DNA from: Edaphocola sp.
Lineage (GTDB): Bacteria > Bacteroidota > Bacteroidia > Chitinophagales > Chitinophagaceae
DNA: 34,182 nucleotides
NCBI GenBank assembly: GCA_035304405.1
Contig: DATGQB010000150.1
Coordinates: 1-34,182 of the forward strand
Direction: 5' to 3'
Of the stretch, positions 9,471-19,844 are shown piece after piece. Each line of letters begins with the position of its first letter. Positions within the stretch are counted from its first letter, which is position 1. The position numbers were made by a program, and so were the translations under genes. The notes under the pieces were generated by a model. The model was given only the letters and a program-made list of their open reading frames with translations, ran no database searches and was not told the DNA's origin.

Positions 9471-9512
9471 CTGCTCATAAATCTAGTATAACAATAAATA
9501 TATAGTTTTAAT

Positions 9513-10841
9513 ATGAGTGTTCCATCTAAAACACAAATCGATTTTAGCTTACCTTACAAAGTAGCCGATATTTCTCTGGCTGAGTGGGGTAGAAAAGAAA
9601 TTAAACTTGCAGAAGCTGAGATGCCGGGATTAATGGCATTAAGAGCAGAGTATGGCGACAGTAAGCCACTTGCAGGAGCAAGAATTGCGGGTTGTTTACA
9701 TATGACTATACAAACAGCTGTACTAATCGAAACCTTAACAGCTCTTGGCGCAGAAGTTCGCTGGAGTTCTTGTAATATTTTCTCTACTCAAGACCATGCT
9801 GCTGCAGCGATCGCAGCTACCGGCGTACCTGTATTTGCATGGAAAGGAGAAACCCTTGAAGAAGCAGACTGGTGTATTGAGCAAACTCTTTTCTTTGGCA
9901 GCGAAGACAGACCATTGAATATGATTTTGGATGATGGTGGCGACCTTACTAATATTGTATTGGATAAATATCCTGAGCTGGTAGCCGGCATTAAAGGTTT
10001 GTCTGAAGAGACTACCACCGGCGTGCACCGTCTGTATGAGCGTATGGCTAAAGGTACCTTACCTATTCCTGCCATCAATGTAAATGACTCTGTTACCAAA
10101 TCAAAATTTGATAACAAATACGGTTGTAAAGAATCTTTGGTGGATGCCATTCGTCGTGCTACGGATGTGATGCTGGCAGGTAAAGTTGCCGTTGTAGCGG
10201 GTTACGGTGATGTGGGTAAAGGTTCTGCCGAATCATTGCGCGGAGCAGGTGCTCGTGTTATCGTTACCGAAATTGACCCAATCTGTGCGCTACAAGCTGC
10301 GATGGACGGCTTTGAAGTAGCCAGAATGGAAAGAGCTATTAAGGAAGCTGATATCGTGGTAACAGCCACCGGTTGTAGAGATATCGTTACCGAAAAAGAA
10401 TTCCGTGCGGTGAAAGACAAAGCCATTATCTGTAATATTGGCCACTTCGATATCGAAATTGATATGGATTGGCTGAACAAACATTATGGCCATACAAAAG
10501 ATACCATTAAGCCTCAGGTGGACTTATACAATATTGAAGGTAAAGAAGTGATTATTTTGGCCGAAGGTAGATTGGTAAACCTAGGGTGTGCAACCGGTCA
10601 CCCTTCTTTCGTAATGTCTAATTCATTCACCAATCAGGTTTTGGCTCAGATTGAATTGTGGAATAATGCGCAACAGTACGAGAACAAAGTATATGTATTG
10701 CCTAAGCATTTGGATGAGAAAGTAGCTCGTTTGCACCTGGCCAAAATTGGTGTAGAATTGGATGTGCTTTCAGATGCACAATCTGAATATTTGGGTATTC
10801 CAAAAGAAGGTCCATACAAACCAGAGCATTACAGATATTAA
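9513..10841 (+). CDS. ahcY: Adenosylhomocysteinase
   Basis: [47 protein letters not shown] and GHPSFVMS motifs. Confidence 0.98.
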   Translation: MSVPSKTQIDFSLPYKVADISLAEWGRKEIKLAEAEMPGLMALRAEYGDSKPLAGARIAGCLHMTIQTAVLIETLTALGAEVRWSSCNIFSTQDHAAAAIAATGVPVFAWKGETLEEADWCIEQTLFFGSEDRPLNMILDDGGDLTNIVLDKYPELVAGIKGLSEETTTGVHRLYERMAKGTLPIPAINVNDSVTKSKFDNKYGCKESLVDAIRRATDVMLAGKVAVVAGYGDVGKGSAESLRGAGARVIVTEIDPICALQAAMDGFEVARMERAIKEADIVVTATGCRDIVTEKEFRAVKDKAIICNIGHFDIEIDMDWLNKHYGHTKDTIKPQVDLYNIEGKEVIILAEGRLVNLGCATGHPSFVMSNSFTNQVLAQIELWNNAQQYENKVYVLPKHLDEKVARLHLAKIGVELDVLSDAQSEYLGIPKEGPYKPEHYRY

Positions 10842-10864
10842 TTGCTATAAGCTTGTATATAATT

Positions 10865-10898
10865 GGCGGCGTACTTAGTGATAAGTGCGCCGCTTTCT
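10865..10898 (+). terminator. Intrinsic terminator after ahcY
   Basis: GGCGGCGTACTTA-gtga-TAAGTGCGCCGCT followed by TTCT. Confidence 0.7.
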
Positions 10899-11387
10899 AT
10901 TGGGGTAATGCTGCAAAGCGGGATAACTAATGGAACAAGTAAATCGCAGCGTTTTTTTAGGGGCATGTGAGAATGCCAGCGCTGTGAGCAGCGAATAGTA
11001 AATTGCATGTGCGCCTTTTGCTAACAAAAATGCCTGAGGGGGCAGCCACGAAAAGCTTGCCGCAGCGCAAGGTGAGATGGCATAGAGGAAGCCAAGGAAC
11101 CTGGAATTTGGGAAAGCAAGGCTGGTGAAGCTGCAAAACGCAGAATCTGCGCTGCGAGGCCTTGTAGTATAAGTGAGTTTTATAGCAACTAAATTTTGCT
11201 ATAATGCGAAGGTTGGGAACGCAGTTCACCTGACCCACTGCCTCGGAAGATGGACCTCGGTAAAACTGTAGGATATATTGCCTTTTGTCAGACCGTGGAT
11301 TGGGAAGCGGCGGGGTATGCCCAAATATCTAAAAATAGCTTTAGCTGTATTGTGCAACCAAAAGACAATCATGATTTATTGCTGTGA

Positions 11388-11418
11388 CAAAAAGCGCTCC
11401 TTTAAGGGGAGCGCTTTG
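11388..11418 (-). terminator. Terminator after the cytochrome c gene (possibly bidirectional)
   Basis: AAAAAGCGCTCC-tttaagg-GGAGCGCTTT inverted repeat with A/T tails. Confidence 0.75.
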
Positions 11419-11440
11419 GTTTAATATCTTCAGTGAATCA

Positions 11441-11776
11441 TTACTGACCAGAATTGGCAATGAGGTAGGCACGGATAAGTTTACCTTCTTCTTCCGTTGC
11501 CTTGGCTTTAGGCAGCATACGGTTTAGTACTTTATTCCAGCGCTCTTCACCAAATGCAGAAGGCTGATGCAATTTGTGACAATTGCCACATTTGGCTCTA
11601 AACAGCGCCTCGCCCTCGGCAAACTGAGCTGCATTAAACTGTGTCAGTGCAATTTCCTTGGTCATCAGTGCGCCACCGGTAGGCTCGGTACTTGCAGCGG
11701 CCGGCGCTGGTTTCTTAGGCGAACAAGACAATAATAAAAACGCCAGTCCTATAGAGCTGAGTATCCCTTTCTTCAT
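11441..11776 (-). CDS. Small mono-heme cytochrome c lipoprotein
   Basis: Lipobox LLSC; single CGNCH heme motif; W..V..RM..KA with a candidate axial Met. Confidence 0.85.
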   Translation of the reverse strand: MKKGILSSIGLAFLLLSCSPKKPAPAAASTEPTGGALMTKEIALTQFNAAQFAEGEALFRAKCGNCHKLHQPSAFGEERWNKVLNRMLPKAKATEEEGKLIRAYLIANSGQ

Positions 11777-11835
11777 AAAAATATCTTTTGCAATGTTTGT
11801 GTGCTAAGATAATATTTTTGATTAAGTATCAAGCA

Positions 11836-12681
11836 TTAATTTTTTAGCTCTACTTCTTTTTTATATTCTAGTATGGCTTTAACAATGGCTCTGGCCAAAG
11901 CTTCCTGTCCTTCGGCCGAAACGAGGTAGGCTTCTTCTTCTACATTATTGATAAAACCAAGCTCTACCAGCACACCGGGCATAACACTTCCGGCCAACAC
12001 TTCCAGACTTTTTTCTTTAACGCCAAGGTTCACACGACCGATTTTGGCAAAATTGGCTTGTATTTTACTGCCGATATTCACGCTTCGGCTACGAAATGCC
12101 TGAGAGTACTGTGCGATAATGATAGCAGTAGCGGGGTCGTTCACGTCCATCAAGCCCGGCTCGTCGGTAATGGTTTCGCCATATTCGCCAATGGCCTTTT
12201 CTTTTTGCTCATTACGACTCAGACCTAGCACATAGGTTTCTGTACCCTTAGCATTGGTAGCACGATTATGTACCGTTTTGTATACCGGCACTGTAACCCA
12301 TTTTTTGCCTTTCTTTACCTTCTTGGTACCAGCTTGCACTCGGGTGGTGGTACCGGCGGTAGAATTGACATGTATAGAAATAAACAAATCTGCATTAGCG
12401 TTGTTGGCAATAGCATGACGCTCCTTAAGTGGAATGAAAATATCACTATCGCGCGTAAGGGTGATGCGCATTTGAGGGGCTTCCTTTTTTAAGATTTCTC
12501 TCACCTTGAGCGCTACAGCGAGGGCTATATCTTTCTCTTTGGAGATAGTGCCAATGGCACCCGGGTCTTTACCGCCGTGGCCGGCATCAATCACCACATG
12601 GTTGACCCTTTTTTGTGCGAAAATCGAAAGTGGAAAAAGGGCTATAGCTGCTAATAGTAATATGGAGCGGATACTTTTCAT
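11836..12681 (-). CDS. N-acetylmuramoyl-L-alanine amidase (Amidase_3)
   Basis: IDAGHGGKDPGA, EKD, SIHVNS and LVELGF zinc/catalytic motifs; signal peptide; divergent from lptD. Confidence 0.93.
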   Translation of the reverse strand: MKSIRSILLLAAIALFPLSIFAQKRVNHVVIDAGHGGKDPGAIGTISKEKDIALAVALKVREILKKEAPQMRITLTRDSDIFIPLKERHAIANNANADLFISIHVNSTAGTTTRVQAGTKKVKKGKKWVTVPVYKTVHNRATNAKGTETYVLGLSRNEQKEKAIGEYGETITDEPGLMDVNDPATAIIIAQYSQAFRSRSVNIGSKIQANFAKIGRVNLGVKEKSLEVLAGSVMPGVLVELGFINNVEEEAYLVSAEGQEALARAIVKAILEYKKEVELKN

Positions 12682-12768
12682 GCAAAAAATACGTTGTTAC
12701 AAAATGATGATTACCAAATTAGGATTCGGACAGTGAGGCCGATGATGTAGGTATTAAAAATTGGATTG

Positions 12769-12776
12769 CAAATATA
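12769..12776 (-). promoter_or_regulatory. -7 promoter box (TATATTTG) for the amidase gene
   Basis: Exact TAnnTTTG on the minus strand. Confidence 0.45.
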
Positions 12777-12877
12777 ATCTATCGTTTAAGGATAACGAAA
12801 TTTTAGGAGATTTTATGCAAACGGGAATTCTTAAAGACGCTTTTTAAATTTGTAGTACTTTTGTTGCCCTAAATTCT

Positions 12878-15526
12878 ATGGAGACCGCAGTAAAGGAATA
12901 TTTTGGAGGAGTCAAGGCGCCGATAGCTCGCTTTGCTTTGTTTGCGATAATGTTTGTTGGGGCGTTTTCTGCCTCCGCACAGCAAGCCGTTCCTCGTGTT
13001 CCTCCTGCACCTACAGTCCCAGCTACTGATACTTTGGCCCAGACAGACAGTACTACAGTGCAGCCTGAGAGCAATAGCATTGCCGCTAAAGAGCAGCGAC
13101 TGGGCATCAAAATAAGCCCGGATGCCCCAGAACATGAGGTGAACTCCTCAGCCCGCGATTCTGCGGTGATAGACCTTAGTACCAATACTTTTTACTTGTA
13201 TGGCGATGCTAAGGTAGACCAAGCAGATATGAAGCTCGCTGCCGGGATAGTAGAGTTTGATCAAAAGGAAAATATTGTAAGAGCCTTTCCGCTATATGAC
13301 ACTGCCGGTAAGAAAATTTCGGAGCAGTCGTTCACTCAAGGTGAGGAGACCTTTTACTATGATTCACTGCGGTATAACTTCAAGAGCAGAAGGGCATTGG
13401 TACGCAATGCGCGCATGCAATATGGCGATGCTTATATCAATAGTTATCAGGTAAAGCGCAATCCCGACCAGTCAATTTTTGGTTACAGAAACCTTTATAC
13501 CACTTGTAATTTAGATCATCCCCACTTTGGCATTAGCGCCAATAAAATCAAGGTGATACCCAATAAAATTGCGGCTTCGGGGCCGGCACATCTTCAGATT
13601 GCAGATTTGCCCACACCCCTAGTGTTTCCATTTGGTATTTTTCCTATCAATCCACAGCAGAAATCGGGATTTATACTGCCAACTTATACCATGGAGGCCA
13701 ATAGAGGTATAGGGCTTCAGCGTTTGGGTTACTACTTTAGTATTAATGATTATATAGGATTAAGTACCACCTTTGATGTTTTCTCACAAGGGAGCTACAG
13801 TATCTATGCCAGTACTGAGTATAATGTACGCTACAGATACTCTGGCGCATTTAATTTTGATTATACCTACACCGAGTTTGGCGACGAGTTTGATATGAAC
13901 AAAGCAGGGAGACAGACCAACTTTAAGGTAAGGTGGCGTCATGCTGCCGACAGTAGAGCCATGCCCGGTGCTAGCTTTGCCGCCAATGTAGATTTTGGTA
14001 CCGGTAATTACAACCGTCTGAATGGTATGACTGCCGATGTGCAGCTTAATAATACCTACAACTCTTCCATTTCTTATTCCAAATCCTGGCAAGGGCGACC
14101 GTTTATGTTTACTGCGGCTGCTCGGCACAATCAAAGTACGCAAACGGGCTTAGTATCCGTCACCCTTCCGGATATTGCATTTAATGTATCTCAGCTCACA
14201 CCTTTTCAGCAAAAGAATAGAGTAGGGAAGCAGCGTTGGTATGAAAAAATATCAGCTACTTACAATCTGGCAGTACAAAACCGTTTGGATTTTGTGGATT
14301 CCACTTTTAGTCTTCAATCTCTTAATTTTAAAGACTTTACCAATGGTATCAGACATACCGCCAATGTGAGTGCTACCTACAATATATTTCGCTTTGTGCG
14401 CTGGAATTTCTCTGTGCCTTATACAGAGTACTGGAATACCCGCCAGGAGTTTCGCACATGGAATTATGACAAATATGCCGATGATACCACGGTGCAGCAC
14501 GGATTTTATGCAACCCGTCACTTTAGTATTAGCAGTGGTTTTAATACCCGGATTTATGGTATGAAAATGTTTAAGAAAGGAAAGATTATGGGTATCAGGC
14601 ACGTTATAACGCCTACCTTAAGCTTTAACTTCACGCCGGGATTTGCCAATGCGCCATTTAACTATTTTCATAATTATTACGACCGATATGGCGATTTGCA
14701 ATATCAATCCTATTATCAAAGCTCTCCTATAGGCGGCCCGGGTAATCCACAGCCTGATGGTTCTGTGCGTATTTCTATCAATAATAATTTGCAAATGAAA
14801 GTGCGCAGCGGAGATAGTACAGGTAGTAAAAACATCACTATTTTGGATGGTTTTGATATCAGTACTAGCTATAATATGATTGCCGATTCTAACAATCTTA
14901 GGAATATTACATTTTCCGGCCGTACAAGCATCTTGAATCAGTTCAATATTTCTTTCGGCGGTAGTTTCGACCCTTATTATTATGAAGGAAGGGTGCGTAC
15001 AAGACATTATCTTGCTGCTATGGACGGCCCGCTGGCAGTGATGCGCAATTTTAATTTAAGCCTCGATTTCAGTCTCAACGGTAATGCACAGGCCGATCCG
15101 GCGATTGAAGCATTGAGAGAAGAAAACGAGCAGGTAGCCATGATGCTGCGCAACAACGGATTGAATCAATATTATGATTTTAATATCCCTTGGAATCTGA
15201 TGGTACGAGGCTCATACGATTATCGTCGGGTGGCTCAGGATGGCAAGGCAGATACTATTTATCATACACCCAACCTTACCGTGGGTGGCAGCCTACGTTT
15301 TACGCCCAAAATGATGTTTAACTTCTTTACCGGTTACGATTTTGTACAGAAAAATGTGAGTACTACCACTTTCAATCTTACGAGAGATCTTCACTGCTGG
15401 CAGATGATGCTGAATATCAGTCCATTCGGTTTGTATCGCAACTATAATTTTACATTGAATGTTAAGTCTTCCGTATTGCAGGATTTGAAACTGACCAGAA
15501 GAAAAGCATCTTACGATAATTTTTAG
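12878..15526 (+). CDS. lptD: Putative LPS-assembly outer-membrane protein LptD (Bacteroidota type)
   Basis: ARDS..LYGDA N-terminal OstA-like part, YTTC..DHPHF, long beta-barrel, and C-terminal RDLHCW..Y.F.L.VKSSVLQDLK. The exact start is uncertain. Confidence 0.85.
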   Translation: METAVKEYFGGVKAPIARFALFAIMFVGAFSASAQQAVPRVPPAPTVPATDTLAQTDSTTVQPESNSIAAKEQRLGIKISPDAPEHEVNSSARDSAVIDLSTNTFYLYGDAKVDQADMKLAAGIVEFDQKENIVRAFPLYDTAGKKISEQSFTQGEETFYYDSLRYNFKSRRALVRNARMQYGDAYINSYQVKRNPDQSIFGYRNLYTTCNLDHPHFGISANKIKVIPNKIAASGPAHLQIADLPTPLVFPFGIFPINPQQKSGFILPTYTMEANRGIGLQRLGYYFSINDYIGLSTTFDVFSQGSYSIYASTEYNVRYRYSGAFNFDYTYTEFGDEFDMNKAGRQTNFKVRWRHAADSRAMPGASFAANVDFGTGNYNRLNGMTADVQLNNTYNSSISYSKSWQGRPFMFTAAARHNQSTQTGLVSVTLPDIAFNVSQLTPFQQKNRVGKQRWYEKISATYNLAVQNRLDFVDSTFSLQSLNFKDFTNGIRHTANVSATYNIFRFVRWNFSVPYTEYWNTRQEFRTWNYDKYADDTTVQHGFYATRHFSISSGFNTRIYGMKMFKKGKIMGIRHVITPTLSFNFTPGFANAPFNYFHNYYDRYGDLQYQSYYQSSPIGGPGNPQPDGSVRISINNNLQMKVRSGDSTGSKNITILDGFDISTSYNMIADSNNLRNITFSGRTSILNQFNISFGGSFDPYYYEGRVRTRHYLAAMDGPLAVMRNFNLSLDFSLNGNAQADPAIEALREENEQVAMMLRNNGLNQYYDFNIPWNLMVRGSYDYRRVAQDGKADTIYHTPNLTVGGSLRFTPKMMFNFFTGYDFVQKNVSTTTFNLTRDLHCWQMMLNISPFGLYRNYNFTLNVKSSVLQDLKLTRRKASYDNF

Positions 15527-15787
15527 AGCACATGAGTTAGGCTTGCTGAATCGACTGAAAATGAGTTGAATGTGTTTGCCGCAGTTGCTTATATCCCATT
15601 CGGGGCAATCATTTGCAAAAGGCATTGCTAGCTTTGAAGCTGTGGCCTCCGAGGCAGCCTGCGCCTAGGGTTGATTATTTGTGCTCCCTAAATGTATCAT
15701 ATATTACAAAACAGGAGTAAAATGGGTTGATTTAGGAGAATTATCAAAATTCTAGCGTTTGACGCATGAATTCTTGAAATATTTCCT

Positions 15788-15795
15788 TAGCTTTG
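15788..15795 (+). promoter_or_regulatory. -7 promoter box (TAGCTTTG) for rpsP
   Basis: Exact TAnnTTTG 37 nt upstream of the ATG. Confidence 0.65.
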
Positions 15796-15832
15796 CACAC
15801 TCTATTATTTAACGCAAATAATTTCAATTATT

Positions 15833-16360
15833 ATGGCAGTAAAAATCCGTCTTCAACGCCATGGGTCAAAAAAACGCCCATTCTATTTCATCGTAGCTGC
15901 AAACAGCACTTCTCCTCGTGATGGTAAATTTATCGAAAAGTTAGGTACTTACAATCCACTTACAGTTCCTGCAACAATTCGTATCAATCGCGAAGCCGCT
16001 CTTAACTGGTTGAATAAAGGTGCTCAGCCTACAAACACTGTTCGCCGAATTCTTTCCTTCAAAGGAGTTTTATATATGAAGCACCTTATGCGTGGTGTGT
16101 CTTTAGGTTTGTTTAGCGAAGCTGAAGCAAAAGAGAAGTTCGAAAAATGGAATGCAGAGCATGAAGAGCTGGTTGCAAAACGTGAAGAAGCTAACCGTAA
16201 AAACAAAGCTGAAAAACGTAATGCAGCAGTTCAAGAATCTGTGCGTCGTGTAGAAGAAAAAGAAGCAGCTAAAGCCGCTGCAAAAGTAGCAAGTGAAGCA
16301 GCTGAGGCTACTGAAAATGACGCTCCTGCTGAGAGTGAAACTCCGGCTGAAGAAGCATAA
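15833..16360 (+). CDS. rpsP: 30S ribosomal protein S16 with Bacteroidota C-terminal extension
   Basis: [40 protein letters not shown]. Confidence 0.98.
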   Translation: MAVKIRLQRHGSKKRPFYFIVAANSTSPRDGKFIEKLGTYNPLTVPATIRINREAALNWLNKGAQPTNTVRRILSFKGVLYMKHLMRGVSLGLFSEAEAKEKFEKWNAEHEELVAKREEANRKNKAEKRNAAVQESVRRVEEKEAAKAAAKVASEAAEATENDAPAESETPAEEA

Positions 16361-16389
16361 GCATTTTCTTAATTTCATATGATTTTTTT

Positions 16390-16425
16390 AAAAGGAAATA
16401 GTTCAATGGACTGTTTCCTTTTTTT
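16390..16425 (+). terminator. Terminator between rpsP and rimM
   Basis: AAAAGGAAATAGTTC-aat-GGACTGTTTCCTTTTTTT. Confidence 0.7.
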
Positions 16426-16472
16426 CTGCAAGACTTTCAGAGTTTTGTATCTTTATTGTTTTATATTTAGTC

Positions 16473-17003
16473 ATGCATCAGATGGATTATATACGTATTG
16501 GAAAAATTGTGGGTACTCACGGCCTGGATGGCAATATTACAATTGCGCATAATTTGGACAAGAATCCAAAACTCAAAAAGTTGAAACACTTTTTTATTGA
16601 AATCAAGCGTGAGAGCTATATCCCGTATTTTGTAGAGCAAATTCATATCGATAATCACCAGGAGATTCTTGTCAAGCTAGAAGAGGTGGACAGCATAGAG
16701 GGTGCCAAAGCCTTAAATGGAAAGAATGTCTATTTAGACGCCAAACAGTACGAGCAGCTAAATCCCGCCAAAGAGCAAATTAATTTTGAAGGCTTTATGG
16801 TGTTTGATATAAATGCGGGCAAACTCGCAACTATTGAGGGCTTATTCGAAACACCGGGGCAATTGCTCGCAACCCTGCAAATGGATGGCAAAGAGGTTAT
16901 CATACCTTTGAATGATAGTACCATTAAGGATGTGGACATTCAGAAGCGTAGCCTTACCGTAGAACTCCCTGATGGTTTGTTGGATATCTATTTGAAAGCC
17001 TGA
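16473..17003 (+). CDS. rimM: 16S rRNA processing protein RimM
   Basis: IGKIVGTHGLDG..EVIIP..VELPDGLLDIY; directly after rpsP. Confidence 0.92.
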   Translation: MHQMDYIRIGKIVGTHGLDGNITIAHNLDKNPKLKKLKHFFIEIKRESYIPYFVEQIHIDNHQEILVKLEEVDSIEGAKALNGKNVYLDAKQYEQLNPAKEQINFEGFMVFDINAGKLATIEGLFETPGQLLATLQMDGKEVIIPLNDSTIKDVDIQKRSLTVELPDGLLDIYLKA

Positions 17004-17059
17004 GGCTTCTAATTCTTATGAGTTTTTCCGACCAATTTGGCGCTTATTCAATTCTAAAT

Positions 17060-17067
17060 TATCTTTG
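17060..17067 (+). promoter_or_regulatory. -7 promoter box (TATCTTTG) for the ABC operon
   Basis: Exact TAnnTTTG. Confidence 0.55.
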
Positions 17068-17121
17068 AGCAGGGTACTGTATGCGATGTACAGCCCTGTA
17101 ACTATAAAACATTTTTAATCA

Positions 17122-18054
17122 ATGCAAGACCAAGTGCTACTTTCTGTTCAGCATCTTAAAAAGGCTTATGGCGCACATAAAGCCGTCGATGATATTAGTT
17201 TTGATATTAAAAAAGGTTCTATTTTCGGATTGTTGGGACCCAACGGGGCCGGTAAGAGTACCCTGCTGCGAATGATTACGGGAATTTTTCACCCAGACAG
17301 CGGTACAATATCACTGGAAGGGCAGCCCTTTGATGGTCTCAAGCATACTGACCTCATCGGATATATGCCTGAAGAAAGAGGTCTATATAAAAAGATGAAA
17401 GTGGGCGAGCATATTCTTTATCTGGCCAAGCTCAAGGGGCTGGATAAGCAGACTGCTACCGAAAAGGCCAAGTATTGGGTAGAGCGTTTGCAAATGAGCA
17501 CCTGGTGGAACAAAAAGGTGGAAGACCTGAGTAAAGGTATGAGCCAGAAGCTGCAGTTTGTGGCTACGGTAATTCATGAGCCCAAACTGCTGATTTTAGA
17601 CGAGCCGTTTAGTGGTCTTGACCCGGTTAATGCCAATGTGATTAAAGAAGAAATCTTCAGACTGGCACAGCAAGGTACTACCATTATTTTTAGTACGCAT
17701 AGAATGGAGCAGGTGGAAGAAATCTGTAATCAGATTGTCTTGGTAAACTTGGGTAAGAAATTGCTGGACGGCACCGTAGATGGCGTGAAGCAGCAATTCA
17801 AGGAACATATCTTTACCGTTTCTACTACAGATGTCGTTAAGCAACTTCCTGATTACGTAAAGATTATAGAAAGCAATGAATACTCAGTGAGATTTCAGAC
17901 TGCCGATCCGGACGCTCCCAATCGTGTATTGACTCAGCTGATAGCGCAGGGCAATCATATCCATTCGTTCCATGAGCATCTGCCTTCACTCAATGATATA
18001 TTTATCAGATTGGTAGGCACTTCTCCGACAGCAAGACCATTTTCTGCAGCCTAA
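17122..18054 (+). CDS. ABC-2 type transporter ATP-binding protein (YhaQ/NatA-like)
   Basis: Walker A GPNGAGKS, LSKGM signature, ILDEPFSGLDP Walker B/D-loop, STH. Confidence 0.93.
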   Translation: MQDQVLLSVQHLKKAYGAHKAVDDISFDIKKGSIFGLLGPNGAGKSTLLRMITGIFHPDSGTISLEGQPFDGLKHTDLIGYMPEERGLYKKMKVGEHILYLAKLKGLDKQTATEKAKYWVERLQMSTWWNKKVEDLSKGMSQKLQFVATVIHEPKLLILDEPFSGLDPVNANVIKEEIFRLAQQGTTIIFSTHRMEQVEEICNQIVLVNLGKKLLDGTVDGVKQQFKEHIFTVSTTDVVKQLPDYVKIIESNEYSVRFQTADPDAPNRVLTQLIAQGNHIHSFHEHLPSLNDIFIRLVGTSPTARPFSAA

Positions 18055-18080
18055 AATTTAATCCCTAAGCGTATTATACA

Positions 18081-19391
18081 ATGAAAACAGCCATCATTAT
18101 ACAAAGAGAATATCTGTCGCGCGTTAAAAAACGCTCTTTTATCATTACCACGCTACTTTTGCCTTTACTCTTTATTGTGTTCATGGTAGGTACTTCCTAC
18201 CTGGCAACGAAAAGCACCCGTGAAAAGAATGTAGTGGTAGTGGACCAAAGTGGGCTTGTTAAAGATAAATTAAAATCCACAAATTCTGTAAAATACTCCT
18301 ATAGCGATTTGTCAGTCGAGCAGTTAAAGGAGCAATTATACGCAGATAGCTTTACTGCACTGGTATATATGCCCAAGTTCGACCTGGACAAGCCTCAGAC
18401 ATTTGAGATTTTCAGTAATGAAAATCTTGGTACCGAAGTAGCCTCCAATTTGCGCAACCAGGTGAATGAACTGGTAAGGGCCGAGCGCATCAGACTGGCG
18501 GGTATCGACGAGGATAAGTATAAATCCGCCAGTGCCGATATGGTTTCCTTCCAGTACATAGTAGGTAAAGAAGAGAAAAAAGGTAATACCGACTTGGCTA
18601 CGGTTATCGGGATGGCCAGTGGCTTTTTGCTCTACATATTTATGCTCTTATATGGAGCCAGTGTGATGACTAGTGTAATGGAAGAAAAGACAAACCGTAT
18701 TGCTGAAATCATCGTTAGCTCGGTTAAGCCTTTTCAGCTGATGATGGGTAAGATAGTGGGTGTAGCTCTAGTAGGACTGACACAAGTTGCCCTTTGGGTC
18801 TTGTTTCTTGTTATAGTGGGCATGGTAGCGATGCCTTTCATCAGCGGCATGCAAGTAGATCCGGAGCAAGCCAAAGCGCTTTCTGAGCAGGCAATGGCCG
18901 GCGGCAATAATGAGGCAATGCAACTGGTTACTACCTTTATGCAAACCGGCACCCTGGAAGGAGTGAATCTAATCACTACATTTTGCTGGTTTATCTTTTA
19001 CTTCCTCGGTGGTTACTTTTTGTATGCAGCCTTGTTTGCTGCAGTAGGTAGTTTGGTAAACGAAGGGCAGCAAGATGCTCAGCAGTTCAGCACCATTATT
19101 ACTTTGCCTATTATTTTCAGTATTATTATCATGTCTACGGCTATCAAAGATCCTAATAGTGGCCTAGCTGTATTTGGTAGTATTTTTCCGCTTACCAGTC
19201 CCATTGTGATGATGGCAAGGATACCATTTGGTGTGCCTACCTTCCAGTTATTAATGTCGGTACTGTGTCTGGCAGGCGGATTTGTCCTCACTACATTATT
19301 AGCCGCTAAAATTTACCGTACCGGTATCTTGATGTATGGTAAGAAAATTACCATGAAAGAAGTGGGGAAATGGATAATCCGTAAAAATTAA
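18081..19391 (+). CDS. ABC-2 type transporter permease (YhaP/NatB-like)
   Basis: REYLSRVKKRSF, EEKTNRIAEIIVSSV.P.QLMMGK, P.TSP.VM and KIYRTGILMYG motifs. Confidence 0.9.
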   Translation: MKTAIIIQREYLSRVKKRSFIITTLLLPLLFIVFMVGTSYLATKSTREKNVVVVDQSGLVKDKLKSTNSVKYSYSDLSVEQLKEQLYADSFTALVYMPKFDLDKPQTFEIFSNENLGTEVASNLRNQVNELVRAERIRLAGIDEDKYKSASADMVSFQYIVGKEEKKGNTDLATVIGMASGFLLYIFMLLYGASVMTSVMEEKTNRIAEIIVSSVKPFQLMMGKIVGVALVGLTQVALWVLFLVIVGMVAMPFISGMQVDPEQAKALSEQAMAGGNNEAMQLVTTFMQTGTLEGVNLITTFCWFIFYFLGGYFLYAALFAAVGSLVNEGQQDAQQFSTIITLPIIFSIIIMSTAIKDPNSGLAVFGSIFPLTSPIVMMARIPFGVPTFQLLMSVLCLAGGFVLTTLLAAKIYRTGILMYGKKITMKEVGKWIIRKN

Positions 19392-19418
19392 TCACATTCA
19401 ACTGTATAAACAGAAAGT

Positions 19419-19451
19419 AAAGGCTGCCTTCATACACAGGCAGCCTTTTTT
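19419..19451 (+). terminator. Terminator after the ABC permease
   Basis: AAAGGCTGCCT-tcatacac-AGGCAGCCTTTTTT. Confidence 0.8.
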
Positions 19452-19836
19452 AGTAAATTCAGCCTCCGAGGCAGTACGGGAGCCGGGTCTAGCTCCCTTG
19501 CGGGCGCCCATCCCTCCAGAAAGTCTGATATTGGGATGCTTTAATTGTCCGTTAAGCATCAATTGTATTATGGATTACCAATAATATGTGCACTTTATCT
19601 AGAGTGATACTTTAGTTGAATGAAGGGTGCATTCTGTAGTTGCCGCTTCATGCTTTTAATGGCTTAGGGGGCAAAACGGATGGCAGGGATTATGGCGCAC
19701 ATGATGAAGGTGAAAAGCCGATTATGTTGTCAAGCGTGCGTTTACGCCCTTACATGCTACAATACATGCACAGTGGTAGCGAATAGAATCGTTGAAGCTA
19801 TATGGCTAGGTCATCCTGATAGCCATATATTTTAAT

Positions 19837-19844
19837 TAACTTTG
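19837..19844 (+). promoter_or_regulatory. -7 promoter box (TAACTTTG) for porU
   Basis: Exact TAnnTTTG about 100 nt upstream of the likely ATG. Confidence 0.5.

Noticed and set aside
9234-9512. SAH riboswitch upstream of ahcY
   Set aside because: No recognisable SAH-riboswitch core, and the -7 box leaves only a ~40-nt AT-rich leader.
10957-11238. 93-aa minus-strand ORF, or RNase P/SRP/tmRNA, in the ahcY-cytochrome c spacer
   Set aside because: The ORF has a non-ATG start and an atypical Cys-rich composition. The RNase P GAGGAAAGTCC, SRP domain IV and tmRNA end motifs are absent.
16200-16360. Ala/Glu/Lys-rich low-complexity tail of S16
   Set aside because: A common feature of Bacteroidota S16 and not a DNA repeat.
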